Below, one piece after another: positions 36,208 through 48,414 of a stretch of DNA of 64,000 nt. The stretch covers positions 12,154,001-12,218,000 of the forward strand of contig CM059433.1 in the NCBI GenBank assembly GCA_030390025.1. The letters are read 5' to 3'. The notes under the pieces were generated by a model that worked only from the letters and a program-made list of their open reading frames with translations, ran no database searches and was not told where the DNA came from. Made by a program: the position numbers and the translations under genes. Numbering within the stretch: position 1 is the first letter of the stretch; each line of letters opens with the position of its first letter. Origin of the DNA: Squalus acanthias (taxonomy: Eukaryota).

Positions 36208-37762
36208 GCGACCTACATCCGAGGGTTTTGAAAGAGGTGGCCATTGGGATAGTGGACGCATTGGTTGTCATCTTCCAAAATTCTATAGATTCTGGAACGG
36301 TTCCTGCAGATTGGAGGATAGCAAATGTAACCCTGCTATTTAAGAAAGGAGGGGGAGAGAAAACGGGGAACTACAGACCTGTTAGCCTCACATCAGTAGT
36401 TGGGAAAATGCTGGAATCTATTATAAAGGATGCAATAACTGAGCACTTAGAAGCTAATAGTAAGATTGGGCAGAGTCAACATGGATTTATGAAAGGGAAA
36501 TCCTGTTTAACAAACCTATTGGAGTTCTTTGAGGATGTAACTAGTGGAGTAGACAAAGGGGAACTGGTAGATGTGGTGTATTTGGATTTTCAGAAGGCCT
36601 TTGATATGGTCCCACACAAGAGGTTGGTGAACAAAATTAGGACGCATGGAATTGGGGGTAATATACTAACATGGATTGAGAATTGGTTAACAGACAGAAA
36701 ACAAAGAGTAGGGATAAACAGGTCTTTTTCAGGATGGCAGGCTGTGACTAGTGGGGTACCGCAAGGATCGGTGCTTGGGCCCAGCTATTCACAATCTATA
36801 TTAATGATTTGGATGAGGGGACTAAATGTAACATTTCCAAATTTGCTGATGATGCAAAGCTAGGTGGCAGTGTCAGTTGTGAAGAGGATGTGAAGAGGCT
36901 TCAAGGGGATATCGACAGGCTCAGTGAGTGGGCGAGAACATGGCAGATGGAATATAATGTGGATAAATGTGAAGTTATCCACTTTGGTAAAAAAAAACAG
37001 AAAGGCAGAGTATTTCCTAAATGGTGAAAGATTGGGGAATGCAGATTCTCAAAGGGACCTGGGTGTCCTTGTACATGAGTCACTGAAAGTGAATGTGCAG
37101 GTGCAGCAAGCCATTAGGAAGGCAAATTATATGCTGGCCTTCATTACAAGAGGATTTGAGTACAGGAGTAAAGAAGTCTTACTCCAATTATATAGGGCCT
37201 TGGTGAGATCACACCTGGAGTACTGTGTACAATTTTGGTCTCCTTACCTAAGGAAGGATATACTTGCCATAGAGGGAGTGCAACGAAGGTTCACGAGATT
37301 GATTCCTGGGATGACGGGACTGTCGAATGAGAAGAGATTGAGTAAACGAGGCCTGTATTCTCTTGAATTCAGAAGAATGAGAGGGGATCTCATTGAAGCA
37401 TACAAAATTATTACAGGCCTTGATGGGGTGGATGTTGGGAGAATGTTTCCCTTGGCTGGGGAGTCTAGAACCAGGGGCCACAGCCTCAGGATAAAGGGTA
37501 GGCCATTCAGGACTGAGATGAGAAGAAATTTCTTCACACAGTGGTGGTGAATCTTTGGAATTCTCTACCCCAGAGGGCTGTGGAGCTCAGTCATTGGGTA
37601 TATTCAAAACAGAAGTTGATAGATTTCTGACTAGTAAGGGCATCAAGGGATATGGCGATAGGGTCAGTGAATGGAGTTGAGGCAGAAGATCAGCCATGAT
37701 CTCATTGAATGGCGGAGCAGGCTCGAAGGGCTGAATGGCCTACTCCTGCTCCTAGTTCTTAT
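36208..37762 (+). mobile_element. Relatively young 5'-truncated CR1 (RT to tail), with few frameshifts
   Basis: Overlapping 232, 72 and 208 aa ORFs: [74 protein letters not shown]. Tail CCTACTCCTGCTCCTAGTTCTTATG. Confidence 0.95.
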
Positions 37763-38667
37763 GAGACAGGAGGATGGGGCAGTTAGGGTTGCTGCTCATA
37801 AGGAGGCAATGTAAGGAGTGTCTCGATGGGCCCTTCGAAGAATGCTGAGAGGCGCACAGGGAAGCTGTGGGCTTATCCAAGAGGGAGTCAAGCCTGGGAT
37901 GGTGACAGGAGTGTAGGAAGGCAGAGGAATATTGAAGAGTTGGGATAAGAATTTGGGGGGCAAAGCACTCGAGGGAGGAGAAATAAAAGGAGGCATGACT
38001 GGGTAACAGGAAGGGGAGGAGACAGGAGAGAAGAGCCCATGAGGGGTAAAGAGAAGAGAAAGAAAAAGGGAGAAAGAAGTAATGGGCTCGAGTCCGGAGC
38101 GGCAGCCAAAATGCGTCTGCAAATAGACGCAGGGAAACTCGGGTAACATTGGTAAGACAATGATTAGGATAGATATTTCCTGGTTGTAAACAGAGAATAA
38201 GGAGGCAACAAGAAGAGACAGTCCAAAGTTGAAGTCAGAGGTCCCGTGATGGGATGAATTTTGTTTGTAGATACTGAAAAGGATAATGACTGGTATATAG
38301 AATGAATGATCTTTCAATTGAAAATAGGTTTAGATGATATTTTCTCTAAATTTGCAAGAGGGGTGTTGGCTTGAGGTGGCTGCAAGATCACATGCCTGGA
38401 AGTTCTGAAGCCAGCCCTCTGACAGGCTAAGTCATTTGATGCTTGAGCCAGGCAGGTCCACAGTTCTCCTGGTGTCCTGTGCAATATTTATCCTTCATCT
38501 ATCACCACCAAAACACATTAACTGGTCATTCTTCTCATTGCTGTTTGTGAGTCTTTGCAATGCACAATTTGGCTGCTGTGTTTGCCTACAACAACAGTGA
38601 GTGCTTCGAAAGTAATTGAAAATTATATGAAGCACTTTGGGATTTCCTGAAGCATGAAAGACACTAT

Positions 38668-39237
38668 GGGCCTGAATTTGCGGTCGGAGACTTCCCGTGG
38701 GCGGATGCCTCCGAACCGGAATAAAACTACGAACCTACCTGATGGTCCTGGATCCACGGAGACTCGCACTCCTGGGCCTCTACGCGTACACATGCGTAAA
38801 GGCCCAGGGACACGTGGATCGCAAGCACCCCCAGGATCACGTGGGCCGGCCCAACCAATCGGAAAAGGGATTCTCATTATGCTTATGGGGATTCCATTTA
38901 CGTACGGAATCCTCATAAACTTAATAGGAATCACCCAAAAAATACATGTACACAACACTGGGGGAAAAAAAATCATTACATGTTTAAAATTAATTAAAAT
39001 ACAATTTAATTAAACATTTAATACAAAAATTTAATTTTTTGAAAAATAAATGTAAACATATTTCAAGGGGCCAAAGATAACCTAAACTTATTTTACAGGT
39101 TTTTGAATGTTAAAATCTTAAAAAAATTTATTTCAGCGTTTATTTAAACCCTTACACTGGTAAAAGAAAGTCATGCACCTGCTTTTACCAGGCGTAAGAG
39201 TTTCATGGGCATTCGCAGGGCAGTAGTTGGGCAAATG
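38668..39237. mobile_element. Truncated Harbinger-type MITE related to 31967-32717
   Basis: GGGCCTGAATTTGCGG start. Collinear GCGGATGCCTCC, GGATCACGTGGGCC..CCAAT, AT-rich core and CTGGTAAAAG..GCTTTTACCAGGCGTAAGA. Confidence 0.8.
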
Positions 39238-39416
39238 TTTTCTGGTTCTGTGTGCCTTTTAAAGTCGAACGCAGTTTCTATATTTTTGGCTAGTGGAAGT
39301 TGTGATTGCTGAAGAGGACAGTAACTTTAAATCTATAGTTGGCATAAAGCAAACCCGTGAGATAATGCAATGACAAGACTGCAAAGTTACAGAATTGTAT
39401 TATTTTTATTTTGCAG

Positions 39417-39500
39417 GCACGTGCCTTAACACCACAGACTGCAGAAACCGATGCAATCAGGTTCCTGGTTGGCACTCAGTCTCTAAAGTATGATAATCAG
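39417..39500 (+). CDS. EIPR1: EIPR1 coding exon 2 (84 nt)
   Basis: ttgcag|GCA acceptor. Translates [28 protein letters not shown]. Donor CAG|gtgaat. Confidence 0.95.
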
Positions 39501-39596
39501 GTGAATATCATTGACACATTATGGCATGAAGCGTAGCAGCCGTTTTTATGAATAATGATGAAATCATAAAATAAACAATTATGCTGTAAACATAAT

Positions 39597-40356
39597 GGGG
39601 GGAGTTTTAACCCCCCACGACGGGCGGGCGGGAGAGAATAAAACGAGTTTTAACGGAAGTGGGTTGGGGGACGAATGACTAACCTGCTTTTGAGAGGTGG
39701 CACAGTTATTTAAATATGCTAATGAGGCTGCGTGATTCAAATTTGAACAGATTTTTTGATTTAATGGCTGCGGGCCAGGTTTCCCAGGTTTGGGGAAACC
39801 CGACAGCTGAAGGGAGACGAGAAAGGTCGGATCCATCAGGTAAGTGCCTTTCCAGCACTGCTTGTGGGCCAGGAGGAGCAGGAGTGCTTTCCCCCCCCCC
39901 TCAGCACCCTCAAGCAAACCTGCTTGCCTCCCTCTTCGCGATCCGAAGCCCCTCCCCTGCGATCGCTTTCTTCCAAAACCCACAATCCCACCCCGGCGCG
40001 CGATCCCCCCACCCAAGCGAGCGATTTCCCCCCACCCCAGTGCACAATCCCCCTGCCCGGCCCCCAATCCGAGATTCATCCCCCCCGGATCGTGATCCCC
40101 CCGGCCCCCGATCCCTCCAGCCGCCCCCCCCGGCGGGCAACACCCCCACCCCCCCCCCCTCTCTCCCTCTGCCTCCCCTCCCATCTCAAGCATCTCAATT
40201 TGGCTGGCTGATGGCCGGGAAACGGAGAAAAGCATTCAGTTGCGGTCCTGCCGTTACATTTGTGAGGAACTCCATGTTGCTCACATTTCTGGGTTTCCCG
40301 GTATCTGCGACCCCACCCCCCTCACTCCCTCCCCACCTCCCGTAAATATTGAGGCC
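39597..40356. mobile_element. GC-rich non-autonomous DNA element, probably Harbinger-type
   Basis: Abrupt GC/CpG-rich block flanked by AAT on both sides. Ends GGGGGGAGTTTTAAC and GTAAATATTGAGGCC match each other only poorly. Confidence 0.55.
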
Positions 40357-40832
40357 AATAAATCAGAACTGCAGGCATACAATCATTTGTTTTTAAATCA
40401 TGGTATTGACTGTTCAGCGGCTGATCCTAGCATACAGTGCATTGGCTAAATTTGAGGAGGCCAGAAACTCTTGGTAGCCATTATCCCAGTTTTGGTTAGT
40501 GAAAATATAGAAAGTGTTATTTTTGGTTGTTTACATTTAAAAAAAAATTAAGTGAACTGACATGGGTCGCAAGATGATTCCTTTCACCTTTTTCAGTTTA
40601 TTCATTTGAAGTTAGTTTGACTGCTGTTAATGAGAAGATGAGCCAGTTCATCTTTTGTATCCTACGGTGTGAAATTCCATGCTTGCCTGTGCTTCAGTGA
40701 AGTGGAGGGTGGTTTATGCATTAACTAGCCTGAGCAAAATGGTTGTAAATGATCATTAAAGCAAACAAGCAGGGGATCAAACGTATTATTGAGATTCAAC
40801 TGTGCTAGGTGCAGAACAAACTGGATGATGTG

Positions 40833-40836
<4 letters not shown>

Positions 40837-40910
<74 letters not shown>
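40837..40910. repeat. Compound microsatellite (TG)n(TC)n
   Basis: Read directly from the sequence. Confidence 0.97.
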
Positions 40911-40912
<2 letters not shown>

Positions 40913-42688
40913 GCTACACTGGCATTTACCAACAGATTGGGACCTCCATGTGCATCAGGGGCCATTCTCAATTATAGGCTTGTGAGTACCTAATTCTGCA
41001 AACTGCTCGCACTCGATTCAGAAGTCAATGTTTCCTGCTTTCACTCGCCCACACCCACATCTACCACTTTCCAGTGCTCCAAAATACATTAATAAAAGAG
41101 GACTGTGTAAAATCAGCAAAAAGTGCCAGTCTTTGATTTTATTTCCCCAACAGCTTTGATTTATTTTTTTCGAAATCTCATGAAGCTTATTTTGAAGAAG
41201 GTAAAAAGGAAGCCATGTGGCTGTGTTTGGAGAAAAATTATTGGCAGAGGAAAGGCTGTATTTGGGCAAGGATTGAAGGAGCTTGTGTAAGCCTGCATTG
41301 CTCGGCTTTCCTACAGCTCAGCAAGTTTATCCAGTTGAGTGGCTGAGCTATTTGGGCCAGGAAGATCCCAGATTTATGTTGGCTGAATTCAGCTGGGGAG
41401 GGGTAGAGGAGCTGCAATTGGCCTCAGTGGCCCTGGGGAGAGGAACATTGGTCCTGATGCCCACTCCTGATTGCTATTGAGTAAATCCCCGTTGGAAGTG
41501 TGCATTTGTGAATACTGGGTGAGGAAAGATCAGGCTCAGATGCTATGCCCCTGCTGTCAAATAGTCTGCTGACGCTCCCTGTCAGGCTCACTCATGTGTA
41601 ATGGACACTTGGATGCAGTAACGAAAGGTAATTGGGCCTCGTGGAATTGTGCATCGTCAAGGATTCATGCCTTGAAGAGGGAAACATTGATGAGAAAAAA
41701 ATAGAGCAGCCCTCGAGGTTCTGATTGTGGTCCTTAGCCAAACGTTACTGAGTATCTCCTCTATAAGGTTTATGGTGGGTGGGTGGGGGGGGGAAGGATT
41801 TCAGAAAAGTTATTGAAAAATTGGGAATTACAACTTGTTCTTTAGCAGTTTCCTCTGCATCTTCATTTTCATTCTACAAATTTAATACTCTTCCGCAAGT
41901 TAAGTGCAGTATAGAGCAGTTAAATGTGAACACAAGATTACCTATAACTTATTAATGTGATAATCTGAAATATGCAAAATGGCATCTAGGATTCGCATTA
42001 ATTTAGAATAGTAAGCATTCATAATTTACTAGCTCATGCTTAGCTTAAAGAAGAATGCTTTGTTTTGAGACCGTAAATTCTTAATCTGAAGGCAAGAATT
42101 AAAAGGTGAATGAATGAGAGGGGTCTGGGTGAAAACTGTTAAATATGCTGCGATCACATCACACCTGCCACTGTCTAATACATCTATTGCTAATTCAAGT
42201 CTTTACAGAGGGAAATGTGTTTTAATTTGGCTCATATCTAGTGAAATAAATTTTCACAGTAGAATAGTCTAACAATGAACTTCAGTTTCGCTAATACATT
42301 GTCCGATTTTATGTCTAACAATGGGGAAAAATCTTTATCCTTTAATATTATTATACACTCACTTAAACTGATAGAAATGTAGAATGTTATAACACAGAAA
42401 CAGGCCATTCGGGTCAATGAGTCTCCACTGATTGGTTTATGTGGAGAAAAACATTTACTCTAATCCAACTATCCTGCTTACTCCCCATAACTTTTAACAT
42501 TCCTCATTTTCAAGGAATTTCTACTAAAATGAGAGAAAATATAGAACATTTTATGCAATAATGAGTGTTAATAGGGCTTAAAGCCACATCTTTTTTTCTC
42601 AAACTTTTTTAATGTTTAACGGAGAATTTAATAAATGATCTATAGTAAAAAATATTTCACTTGCTTCTCTCCCACCCCTAAAGTCTAT

Positions 42689-43349
42689 GAGGGAAAAAAT
42701 TTTAGCGCCCCGAAAAAATTATCACCCCCCGCAGCCGAAATTGAGTGGTAGCGCCCCAAGAGGGATGCGGGGCGCTATGCGCCGCGGTATTGCTAGCCTT
42801 CCTCCCCTTCTTAAAGGGGAGGGGCCCTTGTGCAGCGCGACCCGGGGCCCAGCAGGGCCACCGGGATCGGAGTGCCGGCAAAAGAGCCTGGCACTCGAGA
42901 AGTGCCGGGCTCATGGAGCGCAGCCGGCACTCCGCAGGGGTGGGGGGGGGGGGGGGTGCCCAGGAGGCCAGCGAGGTGGGGGGGGGTGCCCAGGAGGCCA
43001 GCGACAGCAGCGGAGGCAGGTGCTGGCAGCCGGCCAGCAACAAAAATGACCGCCCGGCACCTCGCCTTTAAATAGCACCGCCCCAGCCGCAGGTAGGCCT
43101 CCCTGACCCCGTCGGACATAGCGTCCGGCAGTAAATCAGGGGGCGCTACCGAAGTTCGCGGCCGGGGCGCTGCGCATGGCGATGATGACATCGCCGGCAG
43201 TGCAGCGCCGCGGGGCGCTAACGGTTACCGCCGCTACTAACCTCCCGCTGAATTTCGCGGGAGGCGTTGGCGGCGCCGCACCCGGGCGCTAGTTGCTTTG
43301 CGCCCCATTAGCGCTAACGGGAGGCGCAAAGCAACCGAATTTTTCCCCC
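42689..43349. mobile_element. PIF/Harbinger-type MITE (661 bp, GC-rich)
   Basis: Ends GAGGGAAAAAATT / AATTTTTCCCCC with a 3-bp TAT duplication. Terminus shared with 1-773. Confidence 0.8.
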
Positions 43350-43454
43350 TATGTTTAAAAATGTGCATGTACCCCTCACCATTCACCAGAAAAGCCAAAT
43401 TTCTTAATCAAACAGAGATTCACCAGTTCAGATATCTTTCCCTCCAGCTGCTAT

Positions 43455-46240
43455 TAGAAACGGGAATATGCCATTCAGCCCGTTGAGCCTGACCTGCCAT
43501 TCGTTTAGATCATGGCTGATCTTAACCTTAACTCTATTTACCCTCCATTGCTCCATATCCCTTGATACCCTTACCTAACAAAAAATTATCGATCTCAGTC
43601 TTTGAAAATTTGAATTAACCGAGCATCCACCAAAGCCTTTTGGGGGGAGAGTTCCAGATTTCCACTACCCTTTGTGTGGAAAAAGTGCTTCCTGATTTCA
43701 CTCCTGAATAGCCTAACTCTAATTTTTTTTTTATTCGTTCATGGAATGTGGGCATTGCTGGCAAGGCCAGCATTTATTGCCCATCCCTAGTTGCCCTTGA
43801 GAAGGTGGTGGTGAGCCACCTTCTTGAGCCGCTGCAGTTCGTGTGGTGAAGGTACTCCCACAGCGCTGTTAGGGAGGGAGTTCCAGGAGTTTGATCCAGC
43901 GACGATGAAGGATCGGCGATATACTTCTAAGTCAGGATGGTGTGTGACTTGGAGGGGAACTTGGAGGTGGTGGTGTTCCCATGCGCCTGCTGCCCTTGTC
44001 CTTCTAGGTGGAAGAGGTTGCGGGTTTGGGAGGTGCTGCCGAAGAAGCCTTGGCGAGTTGCTGCAGTGCATCTTGTGGATGGTACACAATGCAGCCACGT
44101 TACGCCGGTGGTGGAGGGAGTGAATGTTTAAGGTAGTGGATGGGGTGCCAATCAAGCGGGCTGCTTTGTCTTGGATGGTGTCGAGCTTCTTGAGTGTTGT
44201 TGGAGCTGCACTCATCCAGGCAAGTGGAGAGTATTCCATCACACTCCTTACTTGTGCCTTGTAGATGGTGGAAAGGCTTTGGTGAGTCAGGAGGTGAGAC
44301 ACTCGCTGCAGAATACCCAGCCTCTGACCTGCTCTTGTTGCCACAGTATTTGTGTGGCTGGTCCAGTTAAGTTTCTGGTCAATGGTGACCGCCCCCCCCA
44401 GGATATTGATGGTGGGGGATTCGGCAATGGTAATGCCGTTGAATGTCAAGGGGCGGTGGTTAGACGCTCGCTTTTTGGAGATAGTCATTGCCTGGCACTT
44501 GTGTGGTGCGAATGTTACCTGCCACTTATCAGCCCAAGCCTGAATATCGTTCAGGTCATGTTGCATGCGGGCATGGACTGCTTCATTATCTGAGGAGTTG
44601 TGAATGGCACTGAACACTGTGCAGTCATCAGTGAACATCTCCACTTTTGATGGAGGGAAGGTCATTGATGAAGCAGCTGAAGATGGTTGGGCCTAGGACA
44701 CTGCCCTGAGGAACTCCTGCAGCGATGTCCTGGGGCTGTGATTGACCTCCAACCACCACAACCATATTCCTTTGTGCTAGGCATGACTCCTGCCAGTGGA
44801 GACTTTTCCCCCCGATTCCCATTGACTTCAGTTTTACTAGGGCTCCTTGATGCCACACTCGGTCAAATGCTGCCTTGATGTCAAGGGTAGTCACTCTCGC
44901 CTCACCTCTGGAATTCAGCTCTTTTGTCCATGTTTGGACCAAGGCTGCAATGAGGTCTGGAGCCGAGTGGTCCTGGCGGAACCCAAACTGGGCATCAGTG
45001 AGCAGGTTATTGGTGAGTAAGTGCTGCTTGATAGCACTGTCGACGACACCTTCCATCACTTTGCTGCTGATTGAGAGTAGACTGATGGGGCGGTAATTGG
45101 CTGGATTGGATTTGTCCTGCTTTTTGTGGACAGGGCATACCTGGGCAGTTTTCCACATTGTCGGATAGATTCCAGTGTTATAGCTGTACTGGAACAGCTT
45201 GGCTAGAGGCACGGCTAGTTCTGGAGCACAAGTCTTCAGCACGACAGCCAGGATGTTGTCGGGGCCCATAGCCTTTGCTCTATCCAGTGTGCTCAGCCGT
45301 CTCTGATATCCCATGGAGTGAATCGAATTGGCTGAAGGCTGGGTTCTGTGGTGGTGGGGACCTCAGGAGGAGGCCGATATGGATCATCCACTCAGCACTT
45401 CTGGCGGAAGATGGTTGCAAACGCTTCAGCTTCGTCTTTTGCACTCGAGTGCGGGAACGGTCGCTTAGTGGTTATGTTGCTGGACTAGTAATCCAGAGGC
45501 TAAGATTGTACACCCTTGTTCTCGATTACCTCACCAGAGGAAATATTTTCTCTCTGTCTATCCTTAAGAATCCCTTTATCATTTTAAACAACTCAATTAG
45601 ATCAACCCTCAACCGTCTAAACTCAAGAGAATACAAGCCACATTTATGCAACCTGTCCTCATAATTTAGCCCTTTAAGTTCTGGTATCATTCTGGTGAAT
45701 CTGCATTGTACCCCCTCCAAGGCCAGTATATCCTTCCAGAGGTGTGGTGCCCAAAATTGAACATGGTGCTGCAGATTTTGGACAACTGAACCATAACTTT
45801 TTCCCCTTTGCATTGCAGCCATCCTGAAATAAAGGCTAATGTTTCATTTGCGTTTTTGCTCCTGTGCACTAGCTTTTAGTGATTTGTGTACTTGGAGACG
45901 CAAATCTCTTTGCTCCTCCACAGTTCCTAGTCACTTGCCATGAAGAAAATATTGTCATTTCTCTTTCTTGGATCCAAAGTCAGTTACCTCACGCTTCCCC
46001 ACATTGATCTCCGTCTGCCACAGTTGTGTCCACTCACTTGCTCTATCTATGTCCCGCTGCAGCTTCCCGCTTCCATCTACACAACTTACTGTGCCTCCCA
46101 ACTTAGTGTCATCTGTAAACTTGGATATACAGCCCTCTATTCCTTCATCCATGTCATTGATATATATGGTGAAACGCTGAGGCCCCAGTACAGGGGAAGC
46201 GCCACTTGTCACATTTCACCAATCACAATACATTCCCTTT
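43455..46240 (-). mobile_element. CR1 copy split by the family-B LINE (43725-45500) and by Penelope; continues at about 47990-48240
   Basis: CR1 tail at about 43455. Host text CTAACTCTAATTTT | TAAGATTGTACACCCTTGTTC resumes after the insertion. VLGPQRFTIYINDMDEG..KFTDDTKLGG. Confidence 0.85.
43725..45500 (-). mobile_element. LINE family B: well-preserved RT and 3' end (43725-45447), plus an inverted tRNA-like head (45453-45500, plus strand)
   Basis: 228 and 292 aa ORFs: KAMGPDNI..NPANYRPISLLS..QFGFRQDHS..LDIKAAFDRVWH..GVPQGSVLGP, MFTDDC, YKAQVRSVMEY. A-rich tail. Confidence 0.9.
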
Positions 46241-46249
46241 ATCTCTACA

Positions 46250-47990
46250 ATAGCAAAATACTGCAGATGCTGGAAATCCGAAATAACAACAGAAAACGCT
46301 GGAAAAACTCAGCAGGCCAGGCAGCATCCGTGGAGAGAGAAACAGAGTTAACGTTTCAGGTCGAAGACCTTTCATCAGAACTGGAAAAAAAGCAGGAAAT
46401 GGAATAGATTTTAAAGCAAGTTTCGGGGCTGGGAAAAGGGGGAGGGGATGAAAGAACAAAAGGGAAGGTCAGTGATAGGATAGAAAGCAGGAGAGATTAA
46501 GAGATATTCAAGGCAAGAGGAGGTGGTAATGGGACAGGTTAAGGAACAAAGGATGGCTCTAGATGAAGTGTGAATTGCGCTGGCAGAATGAAGGACAGCT
46601 GCCATTTGGGAGGGAAGAAAAAAAGGCCAAACAAAAGTGTGGATAAAAAATATATATATGATAGGGGCCGGGGTTATGATCTGAAATTGTTGAACTCTAT
46701 GTAGAGTCCAGAGGGCTGTAGAGTGCCTTATCGAAAGATGAGGTGCTGTTCCTCGAGCTTACGCTGAGCTTCCGTGGAACAATGCAAGAGGCCGAGGACG
46801 GTGAGGTCTGAGTGGGAATGGAGCAGTGAATTAAAGTGACAGGCCACCGGGAGCTCGGGGTCCCCCTTACGGACTGAACGGAGGTGTTCCGCAAAGCGGT
46901 CACCCAATCTGCGTTTGGTCTCCCCAATGTAGAGGAGACCACATCGTGAGCAGCGAATACAGTATACTAAATTGCAAGAAGTACAAGTAAATCACTTTCA
47001 TCTAGAAGGGGTGAATGGGGCCCTGGACAGTGGGAAGGGGGGAGGTATAAGGGCATGTGTAGCATCTCCTGCGCTTGCACAGGAAGGTGCCGGGCGAAGG
47101 GGAAGGGGTGCTGGGGGTGGTAGAGGAGTGGACTAGGGTGTCGCGGAGGGAGCGGTCCCTACGGAATGCTGAAAGGGGAGGTGAGGGGAAGATGCGTTTG
47201 GTGGTGGGATCACGCTGGAGGTGGCGGAAATGGTGGAGGATGATCCGTTGAATATGGAGTCTGGTGGGGTGAAAGGTGAGGACAAGGGGAACTCTATTGT
47301 GGTTCTGGGAGTGAGCGGCAGGGGTGAGAGCAGAAGTGCGGGAGATAGAACGGACACAGTCAAGGGCCGTGTCAACCACAGTAGAGGGGAATTCGCGGTT
47401 GAGGAAAAAGGAAGACATGTCGGAAGCACTGGTATGGAAGGTGGCATCGTCAGAGCAGATGCGGCGGAGACGGAGAAACTGGGAGAATGGAATAGAGTCC
47501 TTATAGGAGGCAGGGTGGGAGGAAGTGTAGTCCAGGTAGCTGTGGGAGTCAGTGGGCTTGTAGTGAATGTTTGTCAATAACCTATCCCCAGAGATGGAGA
47601 CGGAGAAGTTGAGGAAGGGAAGGGAAGAGTCGGAGATGGACCATGTGAAGGTGAGGGAAGGGTGGAAATTGGAGGCAAAGTGAATGAAATTGTCTAGTTC
47701 AGGGCGAGAGCAGGAAACGGCACCGATACAGTCATCAATGTACCGGAAAAAGAGGTGAGGGAGGGGACCCGAGTAGGACTGGAACAAAGAGTGTTCCATG
47801 TATCCCACGAAAAGGCAGGCATAGCTAGGACCCATGTGGGTACCCATAGCAACACCTTTGATTTGGAGGAAATGAGTGGAGTCAAAGGAGAAGTTGTTCA
47901 ATGTGAGAACAAGTTCAGCCAGGCGGAGGAGGGTGGTGGTGGATGGGGGACTGGTTGGGCCTCTGTTCAAGGAAGAAGCGAGCGCCCTCA
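46250..47990 (-). mobile_element. Penelope-like retroelement (5'-truncated RT, GIY-YIG endonuclease and 3' terminal region)
   Basis: RT: LVLTLNNFSFDSTHFLQIKGVAMGTHMGPSYACLFVG..FRYIDDC..HYKPTDSHSYLDYTSSHP..SIPFSQFLRLRRICS. In another frame at about 46870-46990: CNLVYCIRCSRCGLLYIGETKRRLGDRFAEHLR (GIY-YIG). Confidence 0.93.
46346..46382 (-). ncRNA. Minimal type I hammerhead ribozyme motif in the Penelope terminus
   Basis: Minus strand reads AGUU-CUGAUGA-A-AGGUC(UUC)GACCU-GAA-ACGU-U-AACU: stem I, catalytic core, stem II, and a palindromic ACGU stem III. Confidence 0.85.
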
Positions 47991-48414
47991 GGCCAATTAC
48001 CTCCTGCCTCCTACCTCCCAACCAATTACTAACCCATATCAAAGGATTACCTCCAATTCCGTGTGCTTTTATTTTTGCTAATAATCTCATGTGCGGAACT
48101 GTATCAAATGTCGCCTGGAAGTCAATATAGACAACATCCATAGACACATCCCTAACCACCATGTTAGTGACCTCAAAAAATACTACTAATTTGTCAGACA
48201 TTACCTACCCTTCACAAATCCATGCTGACTCTTTGATCTTTAACAAACTTCAGGAGAATATTCCATTAGCCTTTTTGCTCCTGTGCGCTAGCTTTTAGTG
48301 ATTTGTACACTTGGACACCCAAATCTCTCTGCTCCTCCACAATTCCTAGTCTCTCGCCATGAAGAAAATATTCTCATTTCTCTTTCTTGGATCCAAAGTC
48401 ATTTATCTCACAAT

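Noticed and set aside
39579..40345. Several 100-218 aa Gly/Pro-rich ORFs (similar ones at 42687-43191)
   Set aside because: They are low-complexity products of GC-rich MITE interiors, open on both strands.
47002..48201. 399-aa ORF as a novel fusion gene
   Set aside because: It is a chance in-frame junction of a CR1 RT fragment (VVYIDFQATFD) with a 5'-truncated Penelope RT. The GIY-YIG lies in another frame, and there is no promoter or splice evidence.
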